A stretch of 64,000 nt of DNA, from contig CAVPSJ010000017.1 of the NCBI GenBank assembly GCA_963708295.1, forward strand, positions 532,879 through 596,878. The letters run 5' to 3'. Below are positions 30,060 to 40,530 of the stretch, piece after piece. Each line of letters starts with the position of its first letter. Positions within the stretch are counted from its first letter, which is position 1. The notes beneath the pieces were generated by a model. That model was not told where the DNA came from. It did not search any database and saw only the letters and a list, made by a program, of their open reading frames with translations. The stretch is from an uncultured delta proteobacterium. Lineage in GTDB: Bacteria > Desulfobacterota > BSN033 > UBA1163. A program made the translations under genes and the position numbers.

Positions 30060-30662
30060 ATGGGTTCTCGGTATGAGATCCGTCTGAGCGGTTCAGGAGG
30101 CCAGGGGTTGATTTTGATGGGAATCATCCTAGCCGAGGCGGTCGGAATTTATGACGGAAAATATGTTGCCCAGACTCAGAGTTACGGGCCGGAGGCAAGA
30201 GGGGGGTCGAGTAAATCGGAAGTCATCGTCAGCGACGAAGAGATCGATTATCCCAAAGTGATGAGCCTGGACCTCCTTCTGGCGATGAACCAAAGATCCT
30301 GCGATGAGTTTTATCCGGATCTTAAGCCGGAAGGTTTGCTCATCGTGGATTCTACTTTCGTCACTCAGGTCCCAAGTCCTAAAGCCTTCCAGATCCCATT
30401 CACGCGCATCGCACGAGAGAAATTTAAACGGGAGGTCGTAGCGAATATTATCGCTCTGGGAGCCCTTTCCCAGTTGACTCCCATCGTCTCAGCAAGAGGT
30501 GTTGAATCTGCTGTCTTGGCGCGGGTCCCCAAGGGGACAGAAAAATTGAACCGTGAAGCATTGAGGGCAGGGATGAATGCCGCAAAACGGGCGAAGGAGG
30601 CTTGGATGAAATTGGAAGTGCCACCGGAGATCCCTAAAGAAGACCTCTTAGATTCATATTAG
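30060..30662 (+). CDS. korC: 2-oxoglutarate:ferredoxin oxidoreductase gamma subunit
   Basis: EIRLSGSGGQG, QTQSYGPEARGG. Confidence 0.92.
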   Translation: MGSRYEIRLSGSGGQGLILMGIILAEAVGIYDGKYVAQTQSYGPEARGGSSKSEVIVSDEEIDYPKVMSLDLLLAMNQRSCDEFYPDLKPEGLLIVDSTFVTQVPSPKAFQIPFTRIAREKFKREVVANIIALGALSQLTPIVSARGVESAVLARVPKGTEKLNREALRAGMNAAKRAKEAWMKLEVPPEIPKEDLLDSY

Positions 30663-31004
30663 CCGCTTCGTTTCTTGAGCGCATCGGGCTTGAAATTATT
30701 CAGCCAAGACAAGGGACTCAGGGATAATTTCAAATGACAAAGTTCGCACGAAGTGACGAACGAAGGTGAGTTAATTTCAAATGAGATCCAATTGACGAAG
30801 GTTCAAGTTTGGAATTTGACATCCGGGCTTCATTTGGCATTTGGATTTTGACTGGCAAGTGCCCCGTCCCGCCAAAACAGGATAGGCGGGTGAAGGGGCA
30901 CAACGAATAGGATGTTTCCTTTGCGCGCATTCTGCTCGCCACTGCGTGCCCGGGAAGCTCCGGCCTCTGGCCGTGGGGCTCAAATTTAACATGGGTTTGT
31001 AGCA

Positions 31005-31622
31005 ATGAAAAGAAATGACTTTGTGTACACCACAACTAAAAAGATGGCACAACGGGTCTTTTCCATTTTTTACCGGATCGAGACTGAGAAGAAAACGAAC
31101 CTGCCGAATGATGGACCGATGATCATTCTTCCCAAGCATCAATACTGGACCGATATCCCGATTGTCAGCCTTGCTTTCGAGTCCTTGCTTTACTTTGTAG
31201 CTAAGAAAGAGCTCTTCAAATATCCATTGATTCGAGAGTTCCTGTCCCTCCTCGGCGGTCTCCCTGTGGACCGAAAGCAATCGATTCGAACCCTGGATTC
31301 TTTCAAGGTTCTTGTCTCTTTGTTGAGGGCCGGAGAGAGAATCGTCATCTTTCCGGAGGGAAAGTACATTCGAAACGGAGTCGGGTCAGGAAAGAGTCGG
31401 CTCCTTCAGATGATTTTGAAGTTCCAAACAGAGCTGGGATCTCCCATTCCGTTTATTCCCGTGGGTATCCGCTATGGAGAGAGATCGGGAGGCAGAAGGC
31501 GAGTCGAAGTGTGCATTGGGTCTCCCCTGTTTGCAGAAAGGGAATCCGATGCCATTCCTCTGACCCATCGGGCGATGGAAGAGATCAGTCATCTCTGTCG
31601 TTTACCTCGATATGAGACTTAG
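31005..31622 (+). CDS. Lysophospholipid acyltransferase (PlsC family)
   Basis: HxxxxD (HQYWTD), FVAKKELF, IFPEG. Confidence 0.88.
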   Translation: MKRNDFVYTTTKKMAQRVFSIFYRIETEKKTNLPNDGPMIILPKHQYWTDIPIVSLAFESLLYFVAKKELFKYPLIREFLSLLGGLPVDRKQSIRTLDSFKVLVSLLRAGERIVIFPEGKYIRNGVGSGKSRLLQMILKFQTELGSPIPFIPVGIRYGERSGGRRRVEVCIGSPLFAERESDAIPLTHRAMEEISHLCRLPRYET

Positions 31623-31880
31623 AATTGGCAAAAAGATTTTGTGGGAATTGATGGCCCACTTAGTTATAAATACGAAGCACCTGCCTGCGCGTAGCCGCTT
31701 CGGCGAAGGCAGGCGAAATCCGGGCGAAGCATCCCGTTAGGGATCAATTCGAAACAAACTTGAATTTCCGAAATACAAAATTCTAAGCTTCTTAAATTTT
31801 GATTATTTGATCATTTTGAATTTGTTTCGGATTTCGATATTCGGATTTCGGATTTTTGATCTTCTGAAAAGGAGGAAAGC

Positions 31881-32132
31881 ATGCCAAGACGGGAAAAGGA
31901 TCGGGAACTGGCGAGGAGAAGGAAACGGAACAAGGAAAAAAAGAAGCTTCGGGCCAAAGAGCTTTCGAGATCGCATGCGGGTGCTGTAAAAGAAGAAAAG
32001 AAAAAGCCGGAGAAGGCACCTGTGAAGGCACCTGTCAAGGAACCTGTGAAGGAACCTGTGAAGGAACCTGTGAAGGAACCTGTGAAGGAACCCACCCAAG
32101 AGGGTGTAGAGAAACCCCCTTCGGAGACCTAA
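31881..32132 (+). CDS. Small basic protein (DUF6800-like N-terminus) with K[AE]PV repeat tail
   Basis: AAGGAGGA RBS; MPRREKDRELARRRKR... Confidence 0.65.
   Translation: MPRREKDRELARRRKRNKEKKKLRAKELSRSHAGAVKEEKKKPEKAPVKAPVKEPVKEPVKEPVKEPVKEPTQEGVEKPPSET
32013..32093 (+). repeat. 12-bp coding tandem repeat (aagg[ac]acctgtg) x6 plus a partial copy
   Basis: Directly visible; encodes KAPV x2, KEPV x4, KEP. Confidence 0.95.
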
Positions 32133-32138
32133 CAGAAA

Positions 32139-32308
32139 AGGCTGCTGAAAAACGCCCATCGGTCCCGCGCTTCGCGGGATTTCCCTCGTCCCTCCCCGTG
32201 TCAAGCACGGGGCAGGCTTATTGTAGTGTACACCCGTAGGGAACGGTTTCAAACCGTTCCCTACAAAGGATCTCGAGGGCCTTGCATCTGGCCATTTTTG
32301 AGCAGCCT
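32139..32308. mobile_element. MITE-like element (gctgctgaaaaa family) with nested hairpins
   Basis: aggctgctgaaaaacg ... catttttgagcagcct terminal IR. Confidence 0.75.
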
Positions 32309-32334
32309 GAAAAATAATCACTTTTCAGCAGTTG

Positions 32335-33228
32335 TTAGTCTTTCGCTGAATCTTTCTGAGAGATGGGATGGCTTGCCCTGGAGAGGCTTCGATAGACAAG
32401 ATTGTCAATCAATCTCGTCTTGCCCAGATACGCAGCGAAGGCGACGACCACATCCCCTTCGATCCGGTCAACTTCCTGTAACGTAAAGGCGTCACAGATT
32501 TGAATGTAATCCACCCGGATGAGGGGCTCCGACTGAAGGATTCCCTTCATTTCATCCAGGATTCGACTCGCCCTTTGCTCTCCTTTTTGAAGGATCTCTT
32601 TTGCCCTTTGCAGGGACCGATACAGGGACAGTGCGGCTTTCCTTTCCTCCGGGAGGAGGTAGGTGTTTCGAGAGCTCATGGCTAAACCGTCCGCTTCCCG
32701 GACCGTCGGCATCCCCACGACCTGGACACTCATATGCAGATCTCGGGCCATCTGGCGAATCGTGACCAATTGTTGATAGTCTTTTTCCCCGAAGATCGCC
32801 ACATGGGGCGTCACGATTTCAAAGAGCATCATGACCACTGTAGTCACCCCTCTGAAGTGAGTCGGCCTCGACCGTCCGCAAAGGTTCCGGGTCACCTTCT
32901 CCACCTCAACATAGGTCTGGTGATCCGAGGGATACATCTCTTCGACTTCGGGGACGAAAAGGATGTCGGCGCCTACTTCTTCTGCCATCTGACGGTCTCT
33001 TACAAAATTTCTCGGGTAATTCTTGAGATCCTCATGGGGGGCAAACTGGGTGGGATTGACGAAGAGGCTGACGACAAGAAGATCTCCTCTTCTTCGACCC
33101 TCTCTCATGAGGCTGAGGTGACCTTCATGAAAAAAACCCATCGTGGGGACAAAAGCAATCGTCTCCCCCATGGCTCGACTCCGGGAGCTAAATGCCTTCA
33201 TCTCTTCGATCGTTTTGATGACTTCCAT
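32335..33228 (-). CDS. panC: Pantoate--beta-alanine ligase
   Basis: FVPTMG..HEGH, FVNPTQF, SRPTHFRGV, FGEKDYQQ, GLAMSSRN, RLIDN. Confidence 0.96.
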   Translation of the reverse strand: MEVIKTIEEMKAFSSRSRAMGETIAFVPTMGFFHEGHLSLMREGRRRGDLLVVSLFVNPTQFAPHEDLKNYPRNFVRDRQMAEEVGADILFVPEVEEMYPSDHQTYVEVEKVTRNLCGRSRPTHFRGVTTVVMMLFEIVTPHVAIFGEKDYQQLVTIRQMARDLHMSVQVVGMPTVREADGLAMSSRNTYLLPEERKAALSLYRSLQRAKEILQKGEQRASRILDEMKGILQSEPLIRVDYIQICDAFTLQEVDRIEGDVVVAFAAYLGKTRLIDNLVYRSLSRASHPISQKDSAKD

Positions 33229-33246
33229 TTTCCTCTTGGGGATGAA

Positions 33247-33882
33247 TTATTTAGACCTCATTGGAATGAAATACGATGTTCCCTTCCCCATCTGTTTGAT
33301 CTCTCGTAGCAATTGGTCGAAATCTTCTTTTCGGTTTACGAAATCAATCTCGCTCGTATTCACGACGAGCAGGGGGGTCTGATCGTAATGGAAAAAATAA
33401 AAGTTGTAGGCTTCGGTCAATGTCTTCAGGTATTCTAACTCCATATCCTTCTCGTGAGGGATATTTCTCGATTTAATCCTGTGAAGCAAGACTTCCGGTT
33501 TGGCCTGTAAGAAGATGACCAGATCTGGAGGAGCGATCTGTCCGTTGAGGAGGTGAAAAACCTGTTCGTAAAGGGCAAGTTCATGATCATCTAAATTGAT
33601 GGAGGCGAACACCCGGTCTTTGTCGAAGAGGTAATCACAAAGGGTGACTTGGTTAAACAGATCGAGTTGGGCGATCTCTTTCTGCTGCTGGAAACGATTC
33701 AGCAAAAAGAAGATCTGGGTTTGAAAGGCATATTTCTTCCGATCCCCGTAGAAGAGAGGGAGGAAAGGGTTCTCCTCTGTCTTCTCGAGAATACATCGGG
33801 CATTGAACTCCTTTGCCAGGAGCCTCGCCAGACTTGTTTTTCCGACGCCGATCGGGCCTTCGATGACGATATATCGGAACAT
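33247..33882 (-). CDS. Deoxynucleoside kinase
   Basis: IEGPIGVGKTS, ENPFL..FY, QIFFLLNR, PDLVIFLQA. Confidence 0.92.
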   Translation of the reverse strand: MFRYIVIEGPIGVGKTSLARLLAKEFNARCILEKTEENPFLPLFYGDRKKYAFQTQIFFLLNRFQQQKEIAQLDLFNQVTLCDYLFDKDRVFASINLDDHELALYEQVFHLLNGQIAPPDLVIFLQAKPEVLLHRIKSRNIPHEKDMELEYLKTLTEAYNFYFFHYDQTPLLVVNTSEIDFVNRKEDFDQLLREIKQMGKGTSYFIPMRSK

Positions 33883-34200
33883 GACACGCTCAATGAATTC
33901 TTATAACAAAAGCTTAGGCTCTTGTAAATGAAACTTTGTTTAGGGATGTCACTCTACATTCGAAGCACGAGATCCGAAACAAATGTTACATGACGGGTTC
34001 GCCACCCGCGAACGATCAAAATGACCCAGGATGAGGTGGGGTGGATGGTGGATATCGTCTGCCCCCTTCCCCCCGCCCTCTCCCGGCAGGGGAGAGGGGG
34101 ATCATGGAGTTATTTTCAACGCATTCCAAATGGCGAGAACCCAAAATTCAAAATGAAAGAACCCATGGGATTCGATATCCGGAGTTTTAATGTCTCACGC

Positions 34201-34665
34201 TTAAGGCATAGAAAATCGCCTTCCGGGGAGCCTGACCGTCAGCACCGGGCAGGGGGATTTTCTCACGACCTTCTCGGCAGTGCTTCCGAAGAGAACGTGA
34301 TCTAAACCTGTCCTTCCGTGGGTACCCATGACAATGAGGTCAACGGAATCCTTTTTTGCCCGTCGGATGATCTCGAGGAAGGGTTCGCCTTCGTGAAAGA
34401 CGATTTGATAATTCTTGAACCGTCCCATTTTTTCCACATAATGACCCTTTAGCTGTCGATCGATTTCCTTCTTCTGGCAAGCCCTTAATTCCTCCAGTTT
34501 TTCCGGGGCAAGGTAGAGGGAAAGCTGTTCAGGATGAACGGGCTCAGGGGTCGCGTGGAATATCAGGAGTTTGGCCTTGTACGTTTTGGCCAGGTCGAGG
34601 GCGTAAGTGAAGGCCCAGTGGGAGTCTTCGGAGAAGTCCGTACAAAAGAGAATTTTTCTAAACAT
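34201..34665 (-). CDS. Universal stress protein
   Basis: KILFCTDFS, DLIVMGTHGRTG...LFGSTAEKVVRKSPCPVL. Confidence 0.94.
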   Translation of the reverse strand: MFRKILFCTDFSEDSHWAFTYALDLAKTYKAKLLIFHATPEPVHPEQLSLYLAPEKLEELRACQKKEIDRQLKGHYVEKMGRFKNYQIVFHEGEPFLEIIRRAKKDSVDLIVMGTHGRTGLDHVLFGSTAEKVVRKSPCPVLTVRLPGRRFSMP

Positions 34666-34941
34666 GATCCTCCCCCTCTTTTCTTTCCTTAAAATCTCAG
34701 TTCCAGGCTGATATTTATCACAACTTCCTACTAATTTGCTATAAAAACCTTTTGATCGTCAAGGTTTTCTCTTGCCCATCCTTTCTTGTCCCCCTCTGGA
34801 GAAATCTCCGAGCCTTCATAAGCCCCCTATTCAATCGGAGTGGGACAATGACGCTAAAGGTTCGGCCGAAACGTGCCCCATGCCGCCAAAGCAGGAGAGG
34901 GGGATCTGAAAAGACCGAGGGAGGTCAAGAGGCGTTTGTCC

Positions 34942-35054
34942 GTTGACCCGTTCGACGGCGCCAGGCCTCGCCTTTTAAGGCGGAGTAAAAAGGCGCCGCG
35001 AACGGTCAACCCTGAGCAACCCAGGCCTTCAGGCCGGGGAGTCGAAGGGTTGAC
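34942..35054. repeat. Nested palindromic repeat element
   Basis: ttgacccgttcg...cgaacggtcaa-ccctgagc...gtcgaagggttgac; its end supplies a TTGACA upstream of proC. Confidence 0.55.
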
Positions 35055-35169
35055 ATCTCATGTTATGTTAGGATACTAATTCCCTATTCATATTAGAAAA
35101 CTCTAACAGCATCCCCTGTCCCGGCTTCTCCGATTGAAAAGAGGGAAGGGGAGTAGAGGAGGAAAACCG

Positions 35170-36009
35170 ATGCTCAGGAATAAGCAGGTGGGTTTTGTCG
35201 GATCCGGGAATATGGGAGAGGCTCTGGTCAACGGGCTGTTACACGGTCGCCTTTGCCGGCCTGAACAAATCCTGTGTTCAGATGTGCGGGCTGAAAAACT
35301 GAAGGTGATACGAGAGAAATATGGAGTGAAGGGAACCCCCCATAATATAGAAGTGGTCAAGCAATCGGATATTATTGTCCTGGCGGTCAAACCGCAGATT
35401 ATGAAATCCGTTGTCGATGAGATCGCTAAGTATCTTGACTTCTCAAAATTGATCATCTCCATTGCCGCGGGAGTTCCCTTGGAGGCCATTGAGTCTTGTG
35501 CGAAAAAGGAACTGAAATTGATCCGGGTCATGCCCAACATCTGTGTTTCTGTTCGCGAGGGGATTTCGGCGATTGCTGCCGGCAAGCATGCCTCGAAGGA
35601 AGATCTCCTGTTGGCCAAGACGATCTTTGACTCGGTTGGGAAATCGCGTTTTATCGAAGAGGCCCTTCTGGATGCAGTCACAGGATTAAGCGGGAGTGGC
35701 CCTGCGTATATCTTCCTCATCATCGATGCCTTAGCCGATGCAGGGGTTAAGGTGGGGCTCGCCAGAGATGATGCTCTGATTCTGGCCTCTCAAACGGTCT
35801 TGGGGGCTGCGAAAATGTTAATTGAGACCGGGGAGCACCCCGGGAAGCTGAAAGATTTGGTGACTTCTCCCGGGGGGACAGCGATCGCAGGGCTTCATAC
35901 CTTAGAAGAAGGCGGGCTAAGGACGACCTTGATCAACGCCGTCGAGGTGGCAACCCGGCGGTCCGAAGCTTTAGGAAAGATCGTGAAGAGCAACCTGGTT
36001 CCCGATTGA
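35170..36009 (+). CDS. proC: Pyrroline-5-carboxylate reductase
   Basis: GFVGSGNMG, LAVKPQ, RVMPN, TGLSGSGPAY, VTSPGGT. Confidence 0.96.
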   Translation: MLRNKQVGFVGSGNMGEALVNGLLHGRLCRPEQILCSDVRAEKLKVIREKYGVKGTPHNIEVVKQSDIIVLAVKPQIMKSVVDEIAKYLDFSKLIISIAAGVPLEAIESCAKKELKLIRVMPNICVSVREGISAIAAGKHASKEDLLLAKTIFDSVGKSRFIEEALLDAVTGLSGSGPAYIFLIIDALADAGVKVGLARDDALILASQTVLGAAKMLIETGEHPGKLKDLVTSPGGTAIAGLHTLEEGGLRTTLINAVEVATRRSEALGKIVKSNLVPD

Positions 36010-36082
36010 TGGGATTCACCGCTTGCAAGAGGAACACTCAGGGCATTTCGCTCGGGGAATGAATGTCCGGATAGGAGACTGT

Positions 36083-37894
36083 ATGATGAAAGGATATGCT
36101 GGAAAGATGCTGAGGGTGGATCTTTCCAATGGGCGGATCTCGGCGGAAGAGATTCCGGATGGAATGAAAAGGGATTTCTTGGGGGGCCGGGGGTTTGCCG
36201 TAAAACTCCTATGGGATGAGGTGAAACACGTCGATCCCTTGTCCGAGAAGAACAAGATCATCTTTTCAACGGGCCCTCTCACAGGACAGTCCCTTCCCAG
36301 TTCGGGGAAGATGGTCATTGCCTCGAAGAGCCCTCTCACGGGGGGGTACGGAGATGGAAATATCGGAACCCGGGCAGCGGTTCATCTCAGGAAGGCAGGC
36401 TATGATGTTTTGATCGTGGAGGGGAAATCGGAAAAGCCCTGTTATCTTCTGATCGAGAACGAGAAGGTCAAGGTGATGGACGCTTCCGAATTGTGGGGGA
36501 AAAATACCTTTGAAGCGCAAGACCTCCTCGAGAGAAAGCATGGAAGGAATTCAGGGGTCCTTCTCATCGGCCCTGCCGGAGAGAACCAAATTCGATTTTC
36601 AGTCGTCATGTCCCAAAAGGGTAGAGCGGGAGGGCGCCCCGGATTGGGTGCGGTGATGGGGTCTAAGAATCTCAAAGCCGTGGTGATCAAGGGAACGGGC
36701 TCGATTCCCAATTTTGACGATGAGAAGGTGATGGAATTTGGGAAAAGGGGATATGAAGAGATCAAAGGGAAGGGGAACTATGACTTCTGGGTGAAGCAGG
36801 GAACGATGCAGGTCCTTGACTGGTGCAACGAAAATACCTGTCTCCCCACCTTTAATTTTAGGGAAGGTGTTTTTGAATACTCCAAACAACTGGATGGCTA
36901 TGTCCTCGAGAAGGCCAAAGTCGATCGTAAAGGGTGCCCTCTGTGCAACATGCAATGCGGCAATATCATCAAGGATGCGAGCAACCAGCCTTCCGAGCTG
37001 GATTATGAAAATGTCGGGATGTTAGGACCCAATATCGGGATGAGGAGTCTGCCTGAGGTGGCTCTGTTGAACCGAATGGCTGACGAGTGGGGGTTGGATA
37101 CCATCTCGCTGGGGAACACCATTGGGTTTCTCATGGAGGCCTCGGAAAAGGGACTGATTGCGGAGAAGATAGGGTGGGGAGATTTTGAAAGAGCTCAAAA
37201 GCTCATCATTGACATCGGAAAGGGGGAAGGGTTGGGGAAGCTCGTATCCCGCGGAGTTCGAAAGGCCTCCGAGACCCTCGGAAAAGGATCTCATCGATGG
37301 GCCATGCATGTCAAAGGACTGGAGATTTCAGCCTACAATTGTCATGCCTGCCCTGGGATGGCCCTCTCCTTTGGAACCTCTCCCATCGGTGGCAGCCACA
37401 AGGATGCCTGGGTTATTTCTTGGGAGATATCGACCGACCGACTTTCTTATAGCAAAGAAAAAGTCCAGAAGCTCATCGAGTTTCAACGAATCCGGGGAGG
37501 TTTTTTCGAATGCGCGACGGTTTGCCGGCTTCCGTGGGTCGAGGTGGGTTTTGGGCTTCATTGGTACCCCGAATATCTGGAAGCCGTTACGGGGAGTCGA
37601 ATGAGTTGGGAAGATTTTCATAAAATCGGGGACCGGGTTTACAACCTGATCCGGGCCTACTGGAAAAGAGAAGTCCCTCAATTCGGTCGATCATGGGACA
37701 TTCCGCCTGACCGCTGGTTTGAGGAGCCCCTTTCGCAAGGGAAGTTGGAAGGGGTGAAATTGGATCGGCAGAAATTTGACCAAATGCTCTCTTGGTACTA
37801 TGAACTGAGAGGCTGGAATAAGAATGGAATTCCCATGAAGGAGACCCTTGACGACCTTGGGTTGAGAGAGGCTTCAAAGGAGATGATCGGTTAA
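36083..37894 (+). CDS. aor: Tungsten-type aldehyde:ferredoxin oxidoreductase
   Basis: KSPLTG, IGPAGE, GR.G.GAVMGSKNLKA, C..C...C, EWGLDTIS, HVKGLE. Confidence 0.92.
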   Translation: MMKGYAGKMLRVDLSNGRISAEEIPDGMKRDFLGGRGFAVKLLWDEVKHVDPLSEKNKIIFSTGPLTGQSLPSSGKMVIASKSPLTGGYGDGNIGTRAAVHLRKAGYDVLIVEGKSEKPCYLLIENEKVKVMDASELWGKNTFEAQDLLERKHGRNSGVLLIGPAGENQIRFSVVMSQKGRAGGRPGLGAVMGSKNLKAVVIKGTGSIPNFDDEKVMEFGKRGYEEIKGKGNYDFWVKQGTMQVLDWCNENTCLPTFNFREGVFEYSKQLDGYVLEKAKVDRKGCPLCNMQCGNIIKDASNQPSELDYENVGMLGPNIGMRSLPEVALLNRMADEWGLDTISLGNTIGFLMEASEKGLIAEKIGWGDFERAQKLIIDIGKGEGLGKLVSRGVRKASETLGKGSHRWAMHVKGLEISAYNCHACPGMALSFGTSPIGGSHKDAWVISWEISTDRLSYSKEKVQKLIEFQRIRGGFFECATVCRLPWVEVGFGLHWYPEYLEAVTGSRMSWEDFHKIGDRVYNLIRAYWKREVPQFGRSWDIPPDRWFEEPLSQGKLEGVKLDRQKFDQMLSWYYELRGWNKNGIPMKETLDDLGLREASKEMIG

Positions 37895-37895
37895 G

Positions 37896-38114
37896 TTGGC
37901 TGAGCTCAAGTTCTTGGGCTACCTCGCAGAAGTCGTTGGCGCTCGGACAAAACATTTGGTTTTGGATAAACCCACGCCGTTAAGGAAAATTTTGCCTTCG
38001 TCTTTTCCAGAAGAGAATGTCATTATTCTCATCGATAAAAAACCAGGCAGCTTCGATAGTTTAATCGTAGATGGAAATTCGATTGTCATCATGCCTGTGT
38101 TATCGGGTGGGTAG
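37896..38114 (+). CDS. MoaD/ThiS sulfur carrier
   Basis: 72 aa, C-terminal PVLSGG, directly after AOR. Confidence 0.85.
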   Translation: MAELKFLGYLAEVVGARTKHLVLDKPTPLRKILPSSFPEENVIILIDKKPGSFDSLIVDGNSIVIMPVLSGG

Positions 38115-38233
38115 GCGATCCCCTTTCTGGGGATTTTCTCTGAAACCGTTCTGAATCGCGGAGATTTTCTCGACCCTTTGGAACTCTCCGATCAAACCTT
38201 GAAAAGCCTTAAAATTCGTAAAAATTAAGTCTA

Positions 38234-38253
38234 TTTGTGAAATATTTTACGAA
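38234..38253. promoter_or_regulatory. Candidate Rex operator upstream of acs
   Basis: TTTGTGAAATATTTTACGAA versus the Rex palindrome TTGTGAA-N4-TTCACAA (2 mismatches). Confidence 0.6.
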
Positions 38254-38326
38254 ATCTTTTAGATAACATTGTCATTTAATTTCAATAGGATATCTTGTGA
38301 ATTTCTGACTTTCTTTCATTTTTTTA

Positions 38327-38355
38327 TTGACAAAAAACTCTATTTCCTTTAAAAG
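38327..38355 (+). promoter_or_regulatory. Putative sigma-70 promoter for acs
   Basis: TTGACA-N17-TAAAAG in an AT-rich spacer. Confidence 0.45.
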
Positions 38356-38397
38356 AAGGTTCTTAGATAGCTAAAAACAGAGAGGAGGTTTCCGAAA

Positions 38398-40362
38398 GTG
38401 AAAGAAAAAACGCCAGCATCGGAAGAGAATTTGATTTATGAACCTTCGGATTCGGTAAAGGCCAAAGCCACCATTAAAACGATGGAGGAGTACAAGAAGC
38501 TATATCAGAAGTCTGTTAAGGATCCGGAGAAGTTCTGGGGGGAACTTGCGGAGGAGCTCGACTGGAAAAAGAAATGGAACAAGGTATTGGAATGGGACTT
38601 TAACAAGCCGGAAATCAAATGGTTTAGCGGCGGGAAACTCAATGCGAGCTACAATTGCCTCGACAGACACCTCAATACCTGGAGACGCAATAAGGTTGCG
38701 CTAATCTGGCAGGGGGAGCCTCTGGAAGAAAACAGGTCTTTTACCTATCAGCAACTTTATTACCATGTTTGTAAGTTTGCAAATGTTCTGAAGAAGATTG
38801 GAGTGAAGAAGGGGGACAGAGTATCGATCTACTTGCCGATGATTCCCGAGCTTCCCATTGCCATGCTCGCCTGTGCAAGAATCGGCGCGATTCACAGCGT
38901 GGTCTTCGGAGGGTTCAGCGCGGAGGCCCTTCGGGATAGGATGAATGATTGCGGTTCGAAGATTCTGATTACCGCAGATGGTTACTACCGAAGCGGCAAG
39001 ATCGTTCAAAACAAGGCCAATGCCGATGAGGCGTTGAAGGAATGTCCGGGAGTTGAGAAGGTGGTTGTCGTCAAGAGACTGGGGATCGATGTGCCCTTTA
39101 CAAAGGAAAGAGATCTGTGGTGGAACGAGGAGATGGCAAAAGAAGACATCAAGCCTTCCTGTGAACCCGAGGTGATGGATGCGGAGGACGTTCTTTTCAT
39201 CCTTTACACGAGTGGAAGCACGGGCAAACCCAAGGGAGTCATTCACAGCACGGCAGGATATCTCCTCTTTGTGCAGCAAACCCTGAAGTGGGTCTTTGAC
39301 ATCAAGGAGGAAGATATTTTCTTTTGTACCGCGGACATCGGGTGGGTCACCGGTCACAGCTATGTCGTCTACGGCCCGTTGGCCCTCGGTGGGACTTCTC
39401 TCATGTTTGAAGGCGTTCCAACCTATCCCAGCCCCGACCGGTTCTGGGAGATCGTAGAGAGATTTAAAGTAAACGTTTTCTATACAGCGCCTACAGCCAT
39501 CCGGGCGCTCATGCGAGAGGGCGAGAAGTGGGTGAAGGGAAGAGATCTTTCCAGCCTGAGACTTCTCGGTTCCGTCGGCGAACCCATTAATCCGGAAGCA
39601 TGGAGGTGGTATTACCTCAATGTCGGTAAGGAGAAGTGTCCGATTATGGATACCTGGTGGCAGACCGAGACCGGGGGATTTCTCATCAGTCCCTTGCCCA
39701 TCACTCCGTTGAAAGCCGGATCAGCCACCTTTCCCTTCCCCGGCGTTCAACCGAAAGTCATTCGCGAGAATGGAAGTGAATGTGACGCGGAGGAGGGGGG
39801 ATCTCTCGTCATCACCCAGCCATGGCCGGGGATGTTAAGAGGTTTCTGGAATGATCAAGACCGGAAGCGATTCAAGGAGACCTATTTCTCAGTTTTCCCG
39901 GGTCAGTACTTTACGGGTGACGGTGCGAAAAAAGACGGCGACGGTTATTACTGGCTCATGGGCAGGATCGACGACGTCATCAATGTTTCCGGCCACCGGA
40001 TCGGAACTGCGGAGGTGGAAAGCGCACTGGTTTCTCACCGTTCCGTTGCGGAGGCGGCAGTGATCGGTATTTCTCACGAGGTAAAAGGTCAGGGGATCTA
40101 TGCCTTTGTCACTCTGAAGGCTGGCTTGAAGGGCAGCGACGAATTGCGGAAGGAGCTTCTGGCCCACGTGAGAAAGGTGATCGGGCCGATTGCGACACCG
40201 GACAAGCTCCAATTTGCAGATGCTCTTCCCAAGACTCGGAGTGGAAAGATCATGCGAAGGATATTGAGGAAGATTGCAGAAGGCAAGATTGAGGAGTTGG
40301 GCGATACCTCCACCCTCACCGATCCCAACGTGGTGATCCAACTGGCTGGAGATAGACTGTAG
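38398..40362 (+). CDS. acs: Acetyl-CoA synthetase
   Basis: [44 protein letters not shown]. Confidence 0.97.
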   Translation: MKEKTPASEENLIYEPSDSVKAKATIKTMEEYKKLYQKSVKDPEKFWGELAEELDWKKKWNKVLEWDFNKPEIKWFSGGKLNASYNCLDRHLNTWRRNKVALIWQGEPLEENRSFTYQQLYYHVCKFANVLKKIGVKKGDRVSIYLPMIPELPIAMLACARIGAIHSVVFGGFSAEALRDRMNDCGSKILITADGYYRSGKIVQNKANADEALKECPGVEKVVVVKRLGIDVPFTKERDLWWNEEMAKEDIKPSCEPEVMDAEDVLFILYTSGSTGKPKGVIHSTAGYLLFVQQTLKWVFDIKEEDIFFCTADIGWVTGHSYVVYGPLALGGTSLMFEGVPTYPSPDRFWEIVERFKVNVFYTAPTAIRALMREGEKWVKGRDLSSLRLLGSVGEPINPEAWRWYYLNVGKEKCPIMDTWWQTETGGFLISPLPITPLKAGSATFPFPGVQPKVIRENGSECDAEEGGSLVITQPWPGMLRGFWNDQDRKRFKETYFSVFPGQYFTGDGAKKDGDGYYWLMGRIDDVINVSGHRIGTAEVESALVSHRSVAEAAVIGISHEVKGQGIYAFVTLKAGLKGSDELRKELLAHVRKVIGPIATPDKLQFADALPKTRSGKIMRRILRKIAEGKIEELGDTSTLTDPNVVIQLAGDRL

Positions 40363-40530
40363 AATTCATCCTCCGTGTTGGCACACGGGGTCTTGTTCGA
40401 GAGCGTAGGCTCGGGTCGCGAGCGAACCCGGGGACTTTGTTTTTGCAACGAAATGATTCATTCGCCTGTCCTCGGTAAATGGGGGCCGAGGACAGGCCAC
40501 CCTTCCAAACAGTTTCAGAACCGTTAGACG

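Noticed and set aside
30855-30985. Possible tRNA or riboswitch after korC
   Set aside because: Hairpins only; no cloverleaf, T-loop or riboswitch consensus is recognisable. Probably a repeat or IS-end relic.
32013-32093. Possible CRISPR array
   Set aside because: Contiguous 12-bp in-frame tandem units with no spacers, and no cas genes in the window.
3740-34821. Shared 17-mer cttatgaag.ctcggag at ~3740 (+) and ~34805 (-)
   Set aside because: Flanking sequences do not align convincingly, and one such match can arise by chance in 64 kb.
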